DNA of 64,000 nucleotides, from IMG/VR virus record IMGVR_UViG_3300031857_000002, positions 1-64,000 of that record, one strand, 5' to 3'. The translations under genes and the position numbers were made by a program. A model generated the notes under the pieces. It was not told the origin of the DNA, did not search any database, and worked only from the letters and a program-made list of their open reading frames with translations. Below, piece by piece: positions 29,001-38,170 of this stretch (the stretch's first letter is position 1; every line of letters starts with the position of its first letter).

Positions 29001-32000
29001 CACCAATTACTGCATTACCAGAAGTTACCAATGTGGCTGCTTCTACGCCTGTTGCGGTAATGATGTTTCCGGCAGCTGATACCAATCCAGCTGTGGTCAA
29101 GTTACCTGTTACTGTGTTACCAGTAACACTCAAACTAGGCAGGGTGCCAATGCTGGTAGCAACTACACCAGTTAACTGGCTACCGTTACCAACAAAGTAA
29201 GGAGCAGTTACATTGGCGCTGACATTCAGCGGAGAAACAATATTACCTGTTAAGCTGGCTCCTGTGGCCAACAAGTAACTGGCTGTTACATTACCGGTTG
29301 CGCTGAAGATATCACCAAACACGTTGCCGGTTGTGCTGATCAATCCTGTTCCAACTACTCCTGTGGTGATCACATTGCCGCCACGAATATTACCTGTAGT
29401 TGTGATGTTGGCTGTAGAGTTAATTGCACTAACAACGTTGCCACTTAGACTCAATCCCGCGGCATTTACATTACCACCAACCACATTGCCTGTTGTTGAA
29501 ACCAAACCGCTGGTGTTGATATTGCCACCAGTGATGTTACCAATGGTGTTTACACCGCCTGTGGAACTCAATACACCTGCAGTATTGACATTTCCTGCAA
29601 TCACATTGCCTGTAGCACTGAGTGTTACACCAGCAATTACGTTGGCGCCACTAATGTTGCCTAGTGATCCAGATGTTGTGATGTTGCCAGCAGTGATATT
29701 AGCACTGGTTGTGATGTTGGCTGTGGTATTGATTGCGCTAACAACGTTGCCACTCAGGCTCAATCCTGCGGCATTTAGGTTGCCGCCAGTGATGTTACCA
29801 GTTACTGAAACTGTGGTACCCGTATGTGTTGTAGCATTAACGTTGGCTCCACCCAATATGTTGCCACCGGTGATATTACCAGTTACTGAAACTGTGGTAC
29901 CCGTATGTGTTGTAGCATTAACGTTGGCTCCACCCAATATGTTGCCACCAGTGATGTTGCCAGATGTGGATATTGGATTATTTGCAAAAGCAGCCAAATT
30001 GGCTGCCACGTTAGCATTGCCGTATGTTGCTGCCAGGCCTGTTAGTTGTGATCCGTTACCAATAAAGAATCCGCCAGCAATGTTAGCAGTGGTTGTGATA
30101 TTGCCACTTACGCTTGCGACACCTGTCACGCCTAATCCAGTTGACGAGAATGTACCAACTGTTGTGCCTGCTACACCAACTGTGGCATTACCGTTTAGTG
30201 CTACTGCAACATTTGATGTTCCATTAGTAATTGAAGAGCCAGCAGCCACTGTAATACCAGTTAGTTGACTACCATTACCAATAAAGTAATTGCCTGCAAT
30301 GTTGGCTGTGGTTGTAATGTTACCCGATGCTGTTACCAGTCCACCTGTGGTTAAATTTGCACCAGTAACATTGGCAGTTGTTATGATATTTGCAGAATTT
30401 GTGCCAGAAGCTAGATATGTTGAAACATCTGCATTGCTGTATCCTGCAGGTAACCCAGTTAGCTGGCTACCGTTACCTAAAATGTATCCACCTGAGATGT
30501 TAGCTGTGGTTGTGATGTTGGCTGCTGATACTAATGCACCTACCACGTTGCCACTCAAACTCAATCCTGCGGCATTGATGTTACCACCAGTAATATTACC
30601 AGTTGCAGAAATTAATCCAGCAGTACGTAAATTGCCACCATCAATGTTGGCGGTTACATTAACTGTGGTACCAGTGTGTGTTGTGGCATTGACATTAGCG
30701 CCACCAAGTATATTGCCGCCACTGATATTTGCAGTTGTTGTGATATTACCAGTTGAGCTAATTGGGTTAGAGCCAAATGCTGCCAAGTTGGCTGCCACGT
30801 TGGCATTGCCATATGTCGCTGGCAAGCCAGTTAGTTGGCTACCGTTACCTAATATAAAGTTACCGCTGATGTTGGCAGTGGTTGTGATATTGGCAGTGGT
30901 GTTGATTGCACTTACAACGTTACCACTTAGGCTCAATCCTGTGGCATTGACGTTGCCACCACCGATATTACCTGTAACTGCTAATGATCCAAGTGTGCCA
31001 ACTGAAGTAATGTTTGTTTGAGAAGCTGTTGCCAATGTACCAACAATGTTAGTACCACTCAAGTTGCCGCCTGTAATGTTGCCGGTAGCACTAATTAAGC
31101 CAGCTGTGTTGATGTTACCACCAGTTACGTTACCGCTTGCACTGACAGTTGCACCTGCAACTGCGCTGGTAACTGAAATATTACCGGCTGCAATATTACC
31201 AACTGTGTTTACGTTACCTGCATTTACGTTGCCTTGAGCACTAACGTTTCCAAGCACTGCAAGTACATTGGAATCTTTGTTATAGGTTAATCCGCCAACT
31301 GCATCTGCATTGCCATTGGTGTTGAAGAGAATTTGTGTGTTAGCGCCAGGTACAACAATGTTACCTGTAACATTACCAGCAAAGTTACCAACAAAGTAAC
31401 CAGCAGTAGTAATATTGCCAGTTGCTGATACTTGACCTTGTGTGGTCAAGTTGCCGCCAGCGACGTTGCCTGTAGCAGTAACAGATGCTGGACTAAATGC
31501 ACCAGACAAACTTAAATTGCCACCTGCAATGTTGGCGGTGGTAACAATGTTGGCTGTAGAATTAAGTGGGCTTAGGACATTGCCACTCAGACTCAATCCT
31601 ACAGCATTTACATTGGCAGCAGTGACATTGCCAGACGCACTTACTCTTATTGCAGTAACATTAGCAGCCGCACTCAAGTCTACTGCACTAACGCTGGAAA
31701 ATCCATCAAGACTTGGTGCGGGGCTTGCAAATACGGCTGTAATCTTTGAATTTGGAGGCAGTATAATACTACCAGGTACGGTCAAATTACCAACAGTGTC
31801 AAAGGTCCAGGAATTAGCACCAGCAGTGAGAGTCAAGTTTCCAGTGTCAACAATGTTGCCAGTTATGTTAAGATTACCAGTGTTGATGTTACCTGTACCG
31901 CTAACTACCCCAGAACCAAACAATAAGTTACCACCAGTGATGTTGCCAATTGCACTAACGTTACCAGATGCACTTACTGTACCGCCGGTTATTAAATTAC

Positions 32001-33153
32001 CACCAGTAACGTTACCAGTTGCAACAATCAATCCACCTGTAAGGACGTTGCCACCTGTGATACTAGCAGTTGCGCTGATCAACCCGGCTGTGGTAATGTT
32101 ACCGCCTGCGATGTTGCCAGTTGTGATAATGTTAGCTGTGTCTGTTCCAGAAGCTAGGTAGTTTGCAACATCAGCGTTGCCATAACTTGAAGCAACACCT
32201 GTTAAGAAAGCACCGTTACCTAAAATGTAAGTACCGCTGACGTTAGCACCACTGGTGATGTTGCCACTAGCACTGATTACGCCTGTTACATATTCACCTG
32301 TCGTGGCAAATGTAGCAACATTTGTACCAGCCACACCCACAGTAACGTTGCCTGAAGCGGCTGCTACCACATTGGATGTGCCGTTGACAATTGAACTTGG
32401 GGTTCCGCCGCCGCCAGATATGCCAGTCAGCAACGAACCGTTACCAATAAAGAAGTTGCCGCTGATGTTGGCTGTGGTGGTTACGTTACCTTGTAGTGCT
32501 GCCAAGTTGCCTGTATATGTGGGCAAGTATGTGGCCACATTGGCATTGCTGTAGTTTGCTGTGATGCCCGATAATTGGCTACCATTACCAAGAAAGAATC
32601 CTGCTGTGACATTGCCTGTGGTCAATATAGGATTTGAACCAAATGCCGCCAAGTTGGCTGCCACATTGGCGTTGCCATAAGAAGTAAGTGTGCCAGATCC
32701 AGTGATAACTGTTTGTTGACCCGACTCGTTGGTCATTACAACTGATGTGGCGTTGGCACTGATTGTGGCGTTGCCTAAGAAAATAGTACTGTTAGCCAAG
32801 TACAGATCATTAAACGCATTGGTTGGGCTACCAAGATTTTTGCTGACATTGCCTGCGGGCAACAAGTTGCCAGAAATTGTCAGGTCAGTACTGGAAAATA
32901 CTGCTACATTACCCACACCTGCAACACCTACTGTTACATTGGCTCCTGCTCCGCCAATGCTGACATTAGATGAACCATTGGTAATTGCGGCACCACCGGA
33001 TGCCACAATGCCAGTAAGAGCAGCACCATTACCAATAAAGTAGTTGCCAGCTACGTTGCCTGTGGCGGTAACATTCCCGGCTGTAACTAAATTAGCACCT
33101 TGTATATTACCAGATGCGCTAATGCCCGTTGTTCCGTCTAGTTGAATTGCCAT
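26026..33153 (-). CDS. very long GN-repeat fibre/adhesin-like virion protein
   Basis: 2375 aa of (S/A/T)GN(I/V)xGGN(I/L/V) repeats; 'VEDPIIGL...DRG' module; late promoter at 33176-33181. Confidence 0.75.
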   Translation of the reverse strand: MAIQLDGTTGISASGNIQGANLVTAGNVTATGNVAGNYFIGNGAALTGIVASGGAAITNGSSNVSIGGAGANVTVGVAGVGNVAVFSSTDLTISGNLLPAGNVSKNLGSPTNAFNDLYLANSTIFLGNATISANATSVVMTNESGQQTVITGSGTLTSYGNANVAANLAAFGSNPILTTGNVTAGFFLGNGSQLSGITANYSNANVATYLPTYTGNLAALQGNVTTTANISGNFFIGNGSLLTGISGGGGTPSSIVNGTSNVVAAASGNVTVGVAGTNVATFATTGEYVTGVISASGNITSGANVSGTYILGNGAFLTGVASSYGNADVANYLASGTDTANIITTGNIAGGNITTAGLISATASITGGNVLTGGLIVATGNVTGGNLITGGTVSASGNVSAIGNITGGNLLFGSGVVSGTGNINTGNLNITGNIVDTGNLTLTAGANSWTFDTVGNLTVPGSIILPPNSKITAVFASPAPSLDGFSSVSAVDLSAAANVTAIRVSASGNVTAANVNAVGLSLSGNVLSPLNSTANIVTTANIAGGNLSLSGAFSPASVTATGNVAGGNLTTQGQVSATGNITTAGYFVGNFAGNVTGNIVVPGANTQILFNTNGNADAVGGLTYNKDSNVLAVLGNVSAQGNVNAGNVNTVGNIAAGNISVTSAVAGATVSASGNVTGGNINTAGLISATGNITGGNLSGTNIVGTLATASQTNITSVGTLGSLAVTGNIGGGNVNATGLSLSGNVVSAINTTANITTTANISGNFILGNGSQLTGLPATYGNANVAANLAAFGSNPISSTGNITTTANISGGNILGGANVNATTHTGTTVNVTANIDGGNLRTAGLISATGNITGGNINAAGLSLSGNVVGALVSAANITTTANISGGYILGNGSQLTGLPAGYSNADVSTYLASGTNSANIITTANVTGANLTTGGLVTASGNITTTANIAGNYFIGNGSQLTGITVAAGSSITNGTSNVAVALNGNATVGVAGTTVGTFSSTGLGVTGVASVSGNITTTANIAGGFFIGNGSQLTGLAATYGNANVAANLAAFANNPISTSGNITGGNILGGANVNATTHTGTTVSVTGNITGGNILGGANVNATTHTGTTVSVTGNITGGNLNAAGLSLSGNVVSAINTTANITTSANITAGNITTSGSLGNISGANVIAGVTLSATGNVIAGNVNTAGVLSSTGGVNTIGNITGGNINTSGLVSTTGNVVGGNVNAAGLSLSGNVVSAINSTANITTTGNIRGGNVITTGVVGTGLISTTGNVFGDIFSATGNVTASYLLATGASLTGNIVSPLNVSANVTAPYFVGNGSQLTGVVATSIGTLPSLSVTGNTVTGNLTTAGLVSAAGNIITATGVEAATLVTSGNAVIGGDLTINGNVTYVNVATLEVEDPIIGLGRGPNNTPLAANDGKDRGVDLWYFNTTERQAFIGLDNSTGNLFAAVDVTIANDVVTIGSYGTFQVGGLDAADIDVSATVNAVGNITGGNLFTGGYVQATGNITSSANISGGNILGTTAIFSGNVSGANVNAGSTVSSTGVVIATGNVTGGNLTTAGTVSATGNINGGNVNTAVVSTTGNVVATGNVSAGNIITGGVITATGNINATANVNGGNLNAAGLSLSGNVVSALNVTGTVTAGTVNSAGAASAVGNVTGGNINTAGLVSAQGNIVSAGNVTGGNITTLGLISAFGNITGGNLEGVSIAGTLITASQTNITAVGTLGSLGVTGNISGGNVNAGIVSATGNIVGGNVNTVVVSATGNIIGGNVNATGLSLSGNVVSAINTTANITTTANIAGGFFLGNGSQLTGVIATGVGTLTSLSVVGNVDSGNVNTVIVSATGNIVSTANITGGNITTGGVVTSTGNIVSTANVTGGNITTGGIVTSTGNIVSTANVAGGNLVTGGRVVATGNIVSSANVSAGNVNSVNFSASGNIVAGGTLDVTGNTVITADLTAGNLITGGRVDATGNISGANFGTAGFVLASGNITTTANVVGGNLTTSGLIVATGNVTGGNVNALGNVSAVGNVYANNVIGNLVLSSSNTQVVFNDSGATAGSAGLVFNKVGNAFTVGGPISTANGGNITATGSMSATGNITSAANIAGGNISSTGALSTTGTITSAANIAGGNINSSGAISATGDVSSVNVNASGYIDATGNISGLNIATGGFILSAGNVSGSNINTAGLISAAGNVTGGNLNAAGLSLSGNVVSALNVTGNITAAIVTTTGNVVATGNVNGANLNITSTGNINALVVPTTVVATGNITGGNLITSGVVTATGNINSTANVSGGNLTTGGLAVVTGNITAGNVNTAGLASVTGNVQAGNLRTTGLVSATGNVTAGNVSVSGVININGALAATINDAIALSIALG
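27454..27616. repeat. ~69-bp (23-aa) tandem repeat in the fibre gene
   Basis: GTAGATACAATATTGCCAGTTG recurs three times at ~69-nt spacing. Confidence 0.8.
29789..29950. repeat. near-perfect 81-bp (27-aa) tandem duplication in the fibre gene
   Basis: GTTACTGAAACTGTGGTACCCGTATGTGTTGTAGCATTAACGTTGGCTCCACCCAATATGTTGCCACC occurs at 29801 and 29882. Confidence 0.9.
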
Positions 33154-33178
33154 TTAGTTCAGTCCTTTTATTCTATAT

Positions 33179-33796
33179 TTATGGGATTACCTGGAATGTT
33201 GATGTGCCGGGTACCGTAATTGATAAGCCACTGGGAATAGTCAATGGACTAATCATCATAGCTGACACATTGGCGCTAATTACAACATTTGCAGAAAGTG
33301 TTCGTGGAGTGGCTATTGCACCGTTTACAAGCATCTGTGATTGCGATATCACAACTACATTGCCTGTGCCATTGATGCCAATAGTTACATTACCATTGGC
33401 TGTGGTGATTGCCACATTGGATGTGCCGTTAACAATGGCTTGCCCATTGCCCGACCCACCAGAGATGCCTGTTAAGAATGCACCGTTACCATAATAGTAA
33501 CCAGCGTAAACTGTGTCAAATCTCAGCGCGGCACTGCCCAGATCATACACATTGTCAATGCTGGGTAACACCGCGGCATTGGCTTGTATTACTCCAATGC
33601 CATTGGGCTTGAGTACTATGTTGCCGTTGAGAGCTGTGTTGGTTATAACATTGCCAGAAATAGCAATATTGCTGCCAACAGGACCAGCAGTGTAAATCTC
33701 CGTGAAATTTGAGTTTACGGCTGTAAACGCATTACGTAATGATTCACCTGTTCCATCGTTGGCTGCGGCACCAACGTCAATTATCTGTTGCGACAT
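33179..33796 (-). CDS. virion protein with T4 gp9/gp10-like N-terminal motif
   Basis: I.VG..ANDGTG.SLR.AF..VN.NF.EIY motif typical of baseplate wedge/fibre connectors. Confidence 0.7.
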   Translation of the reverse strand: MSQQIIDVGAAANDGTGESLRNAFTAVNSNFTEIYTAGPVGSNIAISGNVITNTALNGNIVLKPNGIGVIQANAAVLPSIDNVYDLGSAALRFDTVYAGYYYGNGAFLTGISGGSGNGQAIVNGTSNVAITTANGNVTIGINGTGNVVVISQSQMLVNGAIATPRTLSANVVISANVSAMMISPLTIPSGLSITVPGTSTFQVIP

Positions 33797-33878
33797 GAAT
33801 AATCCATTCCTCTGGTTGTATTTACCAAAGAGATAGATCTATGATTTGAGCAAAAATACGGTTGTTGGTACCGTTAGA

Positions 33879-36626
33879 TTAGATTCTGCCCACTACCACT
33901 TCAATTGTGCCAGATTCACCGCTGAAGTTTTCCAGGGCTTTTCCAATCACTGCACCAGTTTTGGGTTCTGCTTCTGATCTGGCAGCACCATTCCCCGCTG
34001 ATACCATCATGTCACCTTTGCGTACAGGGCCTTGCACCCGGCACGCCACACGACCTTGCAGAGCAACCACTGCCACGTGTTCAGCATCTAGTCCAGCATT
34101 CATCAGGTAGCTGGGGTTGGTACTTACAACTCCAGCAACTCTGCGATCTGAATCCCATATACTAAGTGTTACTTCTTCAGTGCCGCCAAATGATACCACT
34201 GTACCTGGAGCATAGTCAGTGTCAGCTGTGTATTTTTCAGCCAAGTCAGCGTAGAGTGCTGTGGTAGCTGTGGCAAACAATCGATTAAAGTAGCCTGTTG
34301 AGCTACCAATATTGCCAACTCCATTGGCTGCACCGTTCACAATAGCAATTGCTGTGTTGCCAGTATTGACCAGTAGAACACCAGCTGTGTTAACGTTACC
34401 ACCAGTTACATTGGCTGTGGCACTGATTGCACCAACTGCGCTGATTGCCCCACCAGTGATCACGTTGCCACCAGTAATGTTACCAGCTGCACTGACAATA
34501 CCTACGCTGTAAAGATTGCTACCGTTAATGTTGCTACCTGAAACGTTACTACCTGCTGTGATGTTGCCAGTTGCTGATACTAGGCCGCCTGTAATAATAT
34601 TGCCACCAGTAATGTTGGCAGTGACATTAACAGTAGATCCAGTAAACGTAGTAGAACTAACATTGGCCACACTTAAGATGTTGCCAGCTTGAATGTTACC
34701 AACTACAGAAATTTCTCCTGGAGAAAATAAGTTGCCGCCTGTGATGTTGCCAATCACACTTACAGTTGTACCAGTATGTGTGATAGCATTGACATTGGCG
34801 CCGCCTAATATGTTGGCACCTTGAATGTTACCAGTAGCTGAAATATTTCCAACAGCACTGACAGCACCGGCTGTGATAACGTTGCCAGCAATTATGTTGC
34901 CTGTAGCGGTGACCAGTCCTGCAGTACCAAAATTTCCGCCTGTGACGTTGCCTGTAACCGCTAATGAGGTTAGTGTTCCTAAACTAGTAATATTTCCTTG
35001 CGCCGCATTGGTTACTGTGGCAGCTGTACCAGCACTACCTGTAATGCTGATGGTGTAGCTGCCGCTTAGTCGATCGCTAGATACTGTGCCTGATGTTAGA
35101 GCATTGGCATTGATATTGGTAGTAATCAATGTGCCAATGTTAGCAATACCAGTGGTAAAGATGTTGGCACCATTGATATTACCAATAGCACTGATGTTAC
35201 CCGAAGCGTTGACATTACTACCAGACACATTGCCTGTGGCAGAGATTACGCCTGTTATTAATTGGCCGCCAGTGTAAACAGTCAATATGCTTACACCATT
35301 TACAACACCGTCAATATTTGCGCCAGATGAAGCTATTGATAAAACTGTTGGTCCGTTATTAATTTGATCAGGTGCGGCCGCGGCCCCAATACCAGTCATA
35401 AAGCTGGCATTACCATAAACATACCCAGCGCCAGCTGACCCAGCAAATAGATTTCCACCAAACACATTACCTATTGCGCTGACATTACCAACAGCACTAA
35501 CTGCTCCACCAGTAATTATGTTGCCGCCTGTGATGTTGCCTGTAGCAGTGATCAATCCACCTGTTTGTACATTGGCTGAGATCACATTTCCAACTGCACT
35601 GACATTGCCAAGTGAATTGACATTGCCGCCAATGACATTGCCTTGAATTGATCCAAAGCCAACTATAGTTAAATCACCTGTGGCCGAAATGGCTGCATCA
35701 CTGAGTAAGTTACCACCACGCACGTTGCCTGTGGTTGATATAGCGCCATTGGCTGTAACACTGCTTGTGGTAATGTTATTGCCTGTAATGTTTCCGGTCA
35801 CTGTGAGCAATCCACCAGTGACTAAATTAGCACCAGTTACATTGCCTGTGGCACTAACATTTCCTGCTGTGTCAACATTGCCGCCAGTGATGTTGCCCAC
35901 AGCAGTTATAGTAGTGCTGACATAAACGTTGCCTGCAACTGCTAAATTTGAATTTGGAAGAATATTACCAACTCCAACTTCACCAGTACTTAATACAATA
36001 ACTTTAGTTGATATTGCGGCACCATTAGTTGACGTTAAAATATGTACATCTGCGTTACCTGCCACACCACCAACATTGCTGGTTATTGATCGAATAGCAG
36101 ACGTTGTTCGTGCACCTAATGTAACATCAGAAGTGTACCACTCAATTGATCCAATGGTCTGATTATTTGCTGCCGCGGTATCAGTATCTAAAAATATCAG
36201 TGTTGGTTGGGCAACACCTGCATCACGTGTGATGATTGCATTGCCATTTGAGATTAAATTGCCGCCAGTGATGTTGCCACTGGCACTTAAACTTGCTAAA
36301 CTAAACGAACCTGTCAGTGCTAAATTACCTGCGTTGATGTTACCTGCTACTGTCATGCCTGTGGTCGTAAAAATTGCCACATTGCTAACACCTCCAATTG
36401 AGATGTTAGAATTTCCGCCTGGGGTTTGTATTTCAATTGACGATGTACCATTGAATAACTTGTCGCCAGAGATGTTGCCTGATAACGTAGCGTTTCCGCT
36501 AACTGACAAATTACCATTGATAAAAACAGTAGCGGTGTTAGGGCTTGGTCCTTCAAAGGTCACGAGACCAGTTGAATCAAGAGTTTGAATTGTTAAGTTG
36601 CCGCTGACACGCTTGTAGGTAGACAT
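33879..36626 (-). CDS. GN-repeat tail fibre with C-terminal chaperone/peptidase-like domain (paralog of 22064..25684)
   Basis: 915 aa; YADLAEKY...PGTVV.FGG...GVVSTNPSYLMN...IGKALE...GTIEVVVGR. Confidence 0.75.
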   Translation of the reverse strand: MSTYKRVSGNLTIQTLDSTGLVTFEGPSPNTATVFINGNLSVSGNATLSGNISGDKLFNGTSSIEIQTPGGNSNISIGGVSNVAIFTTTGMTVAGNINAGNLALTGSFSLASLSASGNITGGNLISNGNAIITRDAGVAQPTLIFLDTDTAAANNQTIGSIEWYTSDVTLGARTTSAIRSITSNVGGVAGNADVHILTSTNGAAISTKVIVLSTGEVGVGNILPNSNLAVAGNVYVSTTITAVGNITGGNVDTAGNVSATGNVTGANLVTGGLLTVTGNITGNNITTSSVTANGAISTTGNVRGGNLLSDAAISATGDLTIVGFGSIQGNVIGGNVNSLGNVSAVGNVISANVQTGGLITATGNITGGNIITGGAVSAVGNVSAIGNVFGGNLFAGSAGAGYVYGNASFMTGIGAAAAPDQINNGPTVLSIASSGANIDGVVNGVSILTVYTGGQLITGVISATGNVSGSNVNASGNISAIGNINGANIFTTGIANIGTLITTNINANALTSGTVSSDRLSGSYTISITGSAGTAATVTNAAQGNITSLGTLTSLAVTGNVTGGNFGTAGLVTATGNIIAGNVITAGAVSAVGNISATGNIQGANILGGANVNAITHTGTTVSVIGNITGGNLFSPGEISVVGNIQAGNILSVANVSSTTFTGSTVNVTANITGGNIITGGLVSATGNITAGSNVSGSNINGSNLYSVGIVSAAGNITGGNVITGGAISAVGAISATANVTGGNVNTAGVLLVNTGNTAIAIVNGAANGVGNIGSSTGYFNRLFATATTALYADLAEKYTADTDYAPGTVVSFGGTEEVTLSIWDSDRRVAGVVSTNPSYLMNAGLDAEHVAVVALQGRVACRVQGPVRKGDMMVSAGNGAARSEAEPKTGAVIGKALENFSGESGTIEVVVGRI

Positions 36627-37211
36627 TTAGAGTTCCTTTGTGTTATTTATGCGGTTTAGGAAGTCTGCAATATCCATAGTTCGAAAGTTTTTAACAGCAT
36701 CAAACTCGGAGATAGCGGCTGTAGTACCTGCCATCACACGCACAAATGCTATTTTAGGAAAGTCTTTCATAACTGTGGTCAACTGTCGTGCCCAGTTGCC
36801 GGTAAATGTAGGTGGTGCTGAGCTTTTTTTATAGAATTCTGTGTCAGCATACACATTGTTAAATTTGGTATGTACTGGACCCATATCAAACCCAATCAAG
36901 TAAACGATTACAGCATTGTCAAAGGCAGCAATGCTGGCAGCTATTGGGCCCGAACTGTAGCCGTAGTACTTTTGTGGCACAGGCAGTGCACCTGATCCCG
37001 GAGTGGGTTTGCGAGTGTAAAATTTGTGTTCTAGTGCGTAGCCTGAATCTTGTATGCGCTCGCTGATGGGGCGATCTGTGCTGACTAGTACCGTGGGTTT
37101 GAAGTCTCTGTACAGGGCATTACACCCATAGATAGGACCAAAATGCTTTAAATTTTCTAAGTCTACCTGTTGTCGGCTTACACCGTTGCCCAATACAAAT
37201 GCTCTGCTCAT
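36627..37211 (-). CDS. DUF115/Maf/sialyltransferase-like Rossmann-fold protein (putative glycosyltransferase)
   Basis: AFVLGNG.SR, YGCNALYR, SSG..A, VYLIGFD motifs. Confidence 0.6.
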   Translation of the reverse strand: MSRAFVLGNGVSRQQVDLENLKHFGPIYGCNALYRDFKPTVLVSTDRPISERIQDSGYALEHKFYTRKPTPGSGALPVPQKYYGYSSGPIAASIAAFDNAVIVYLIGFDMGPVHTKFNNVYADTEFYKKSSAPPTFTGNWARQLTTVMKDFPKIAFVRVMAGTTAAISEFDAVKNFRTMDIADFLNRINNTKEL

Positions 37212-37243
37212 AAAAAATCCCCCCAGTAATTATCTGAGGGGAT
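37212..37243 (-). terminator. rho-independent terminator-like hairpin after the 256-aa gene
   Basis: On the - strand: AATCCCCTCAG-ATAATTA-CTGGGGGGATT followed by a T run; the loop holds a TAATTA late-promoter-like hexamer. Confidence 0.6.
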
Positions 37244-37259
37244 TGGTGAGTCAAATCAA

Positions 37260-38030
37260 TTAGGAAGTGACGTTGTCAACAATAACCACGTCAACCAAGT
37301 TCTGTTGTCCAGACACGTTGGCAGCAGCCGTTGTGCCAGACTTGATAACTGTGCCTTCGTCTGTGAAGAAGTTGGCAGAAAAACGAACATCATTTACAAC
37401 TTGATCAGCGGCGTATGTTGATCCGCCAGCCCAGTCCAACAAGAACTTGTTGGTCAACTTGCTGATTGGAGTAGCTGTAGAATCGTTGTTGGTGTATGTG
37501 ATGGCCATCAAACCGGCTGCAGGAGTCACATCGTTGTCAAGCACACAAACACCCACAGAATTTGCTGTGCCCGATCCTGCTCCGCCAACTGAAGTTGCTG
37601 TGAAAATTGTACCTACACCATAGTTGCTAGGTGCACCATACAAGTTCCAAGTTGTGGTTCCAACTGAAGTGATCTGATATGCTTGGCCAACCAAAAGGCT
37701 GCCATCATTAACAGCAGTAACAGAACCAACTAGATATTTGTGCGATCCTTTTTGGCGGATAATGTATCCTTGAGCAACACCAAGGCCAGCACCAGCAGGA
37801 TTGGCAATGTTAACAATTACATCCACACGAGGATTAGTTGCACTAGGAGTGTCTGTAGCGGCTGCGCCACCTACCACACCCAGATATTGAGCATTAGTCA
37901 TATTACCAACTGAGTTTTTAACTGGGTTAGTTAAACTGCCAAAGTCAGGAAAGCCTAGATCGATGCCTACACTGGCACCACCATTACCGGAACCGGTAGA
38001 TAATTTTTGAATTTTTAGAGGACGACCCAT
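37260..38030 (-). CDS. probable abundant virion structural protein
   Basis: 256 aa, MGRPLK start, YIIRQKG..KYLV motif; own late promoter, strong AAGGAG RBS and terminator. Confidence 0.6.
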   Translation of the reverse strand: MGRPLKIQKLSTGSGNGGASVGIDLGFPDFGSLTNPVKNSVGNMTNAQYLGVVGGAAATDTPSATNPRVDVIVNIANPAGAGLGVAQGYIIRQKGSHKYLVGSVTAVNDGSLLVGQAYQITSVGTTTWNLYGAPSNYGVGTIFTATSVGGAGSGTANSVGVCVLDNDVTPAAGLMAITYTNNDSTATPISKLTNKFLLDWAGGSTYAADQVVNDVRFSANFFTDEGTVIKSGTTAAANVSGQQNLVDVVIVDNVTS

Positions 38031-38170
38031 TTTGATTTCTCCTTATAGAAGCCCAATGCGGGTTCTAGCCGCTACGCTGTGGGTATTAATCTCAGCATAA
38101 AACACCGTATTGTGTTGACAAGTATTTATGGAAAATGTAAAATAGTACCATACTGGAGTGTAAATACCCG

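Noticed and set aside
22064-34300. Similar C-terminal domains of two fibre genes as a possible DGR template/variable repeat pair
   Set aside because: Both are coding, differences are not adenine-restricted, and no reverse transcriptase is present in the window.
22196-36588. Many long + strand ORFs (e.g. 26012..27994, 660 aa) rich in LPPV/MLP
   Set aside because: They are antisense shadows of the GN-repeat fibre genes; the codon bias removes stops on the opposite strand; no promoters or RBS.
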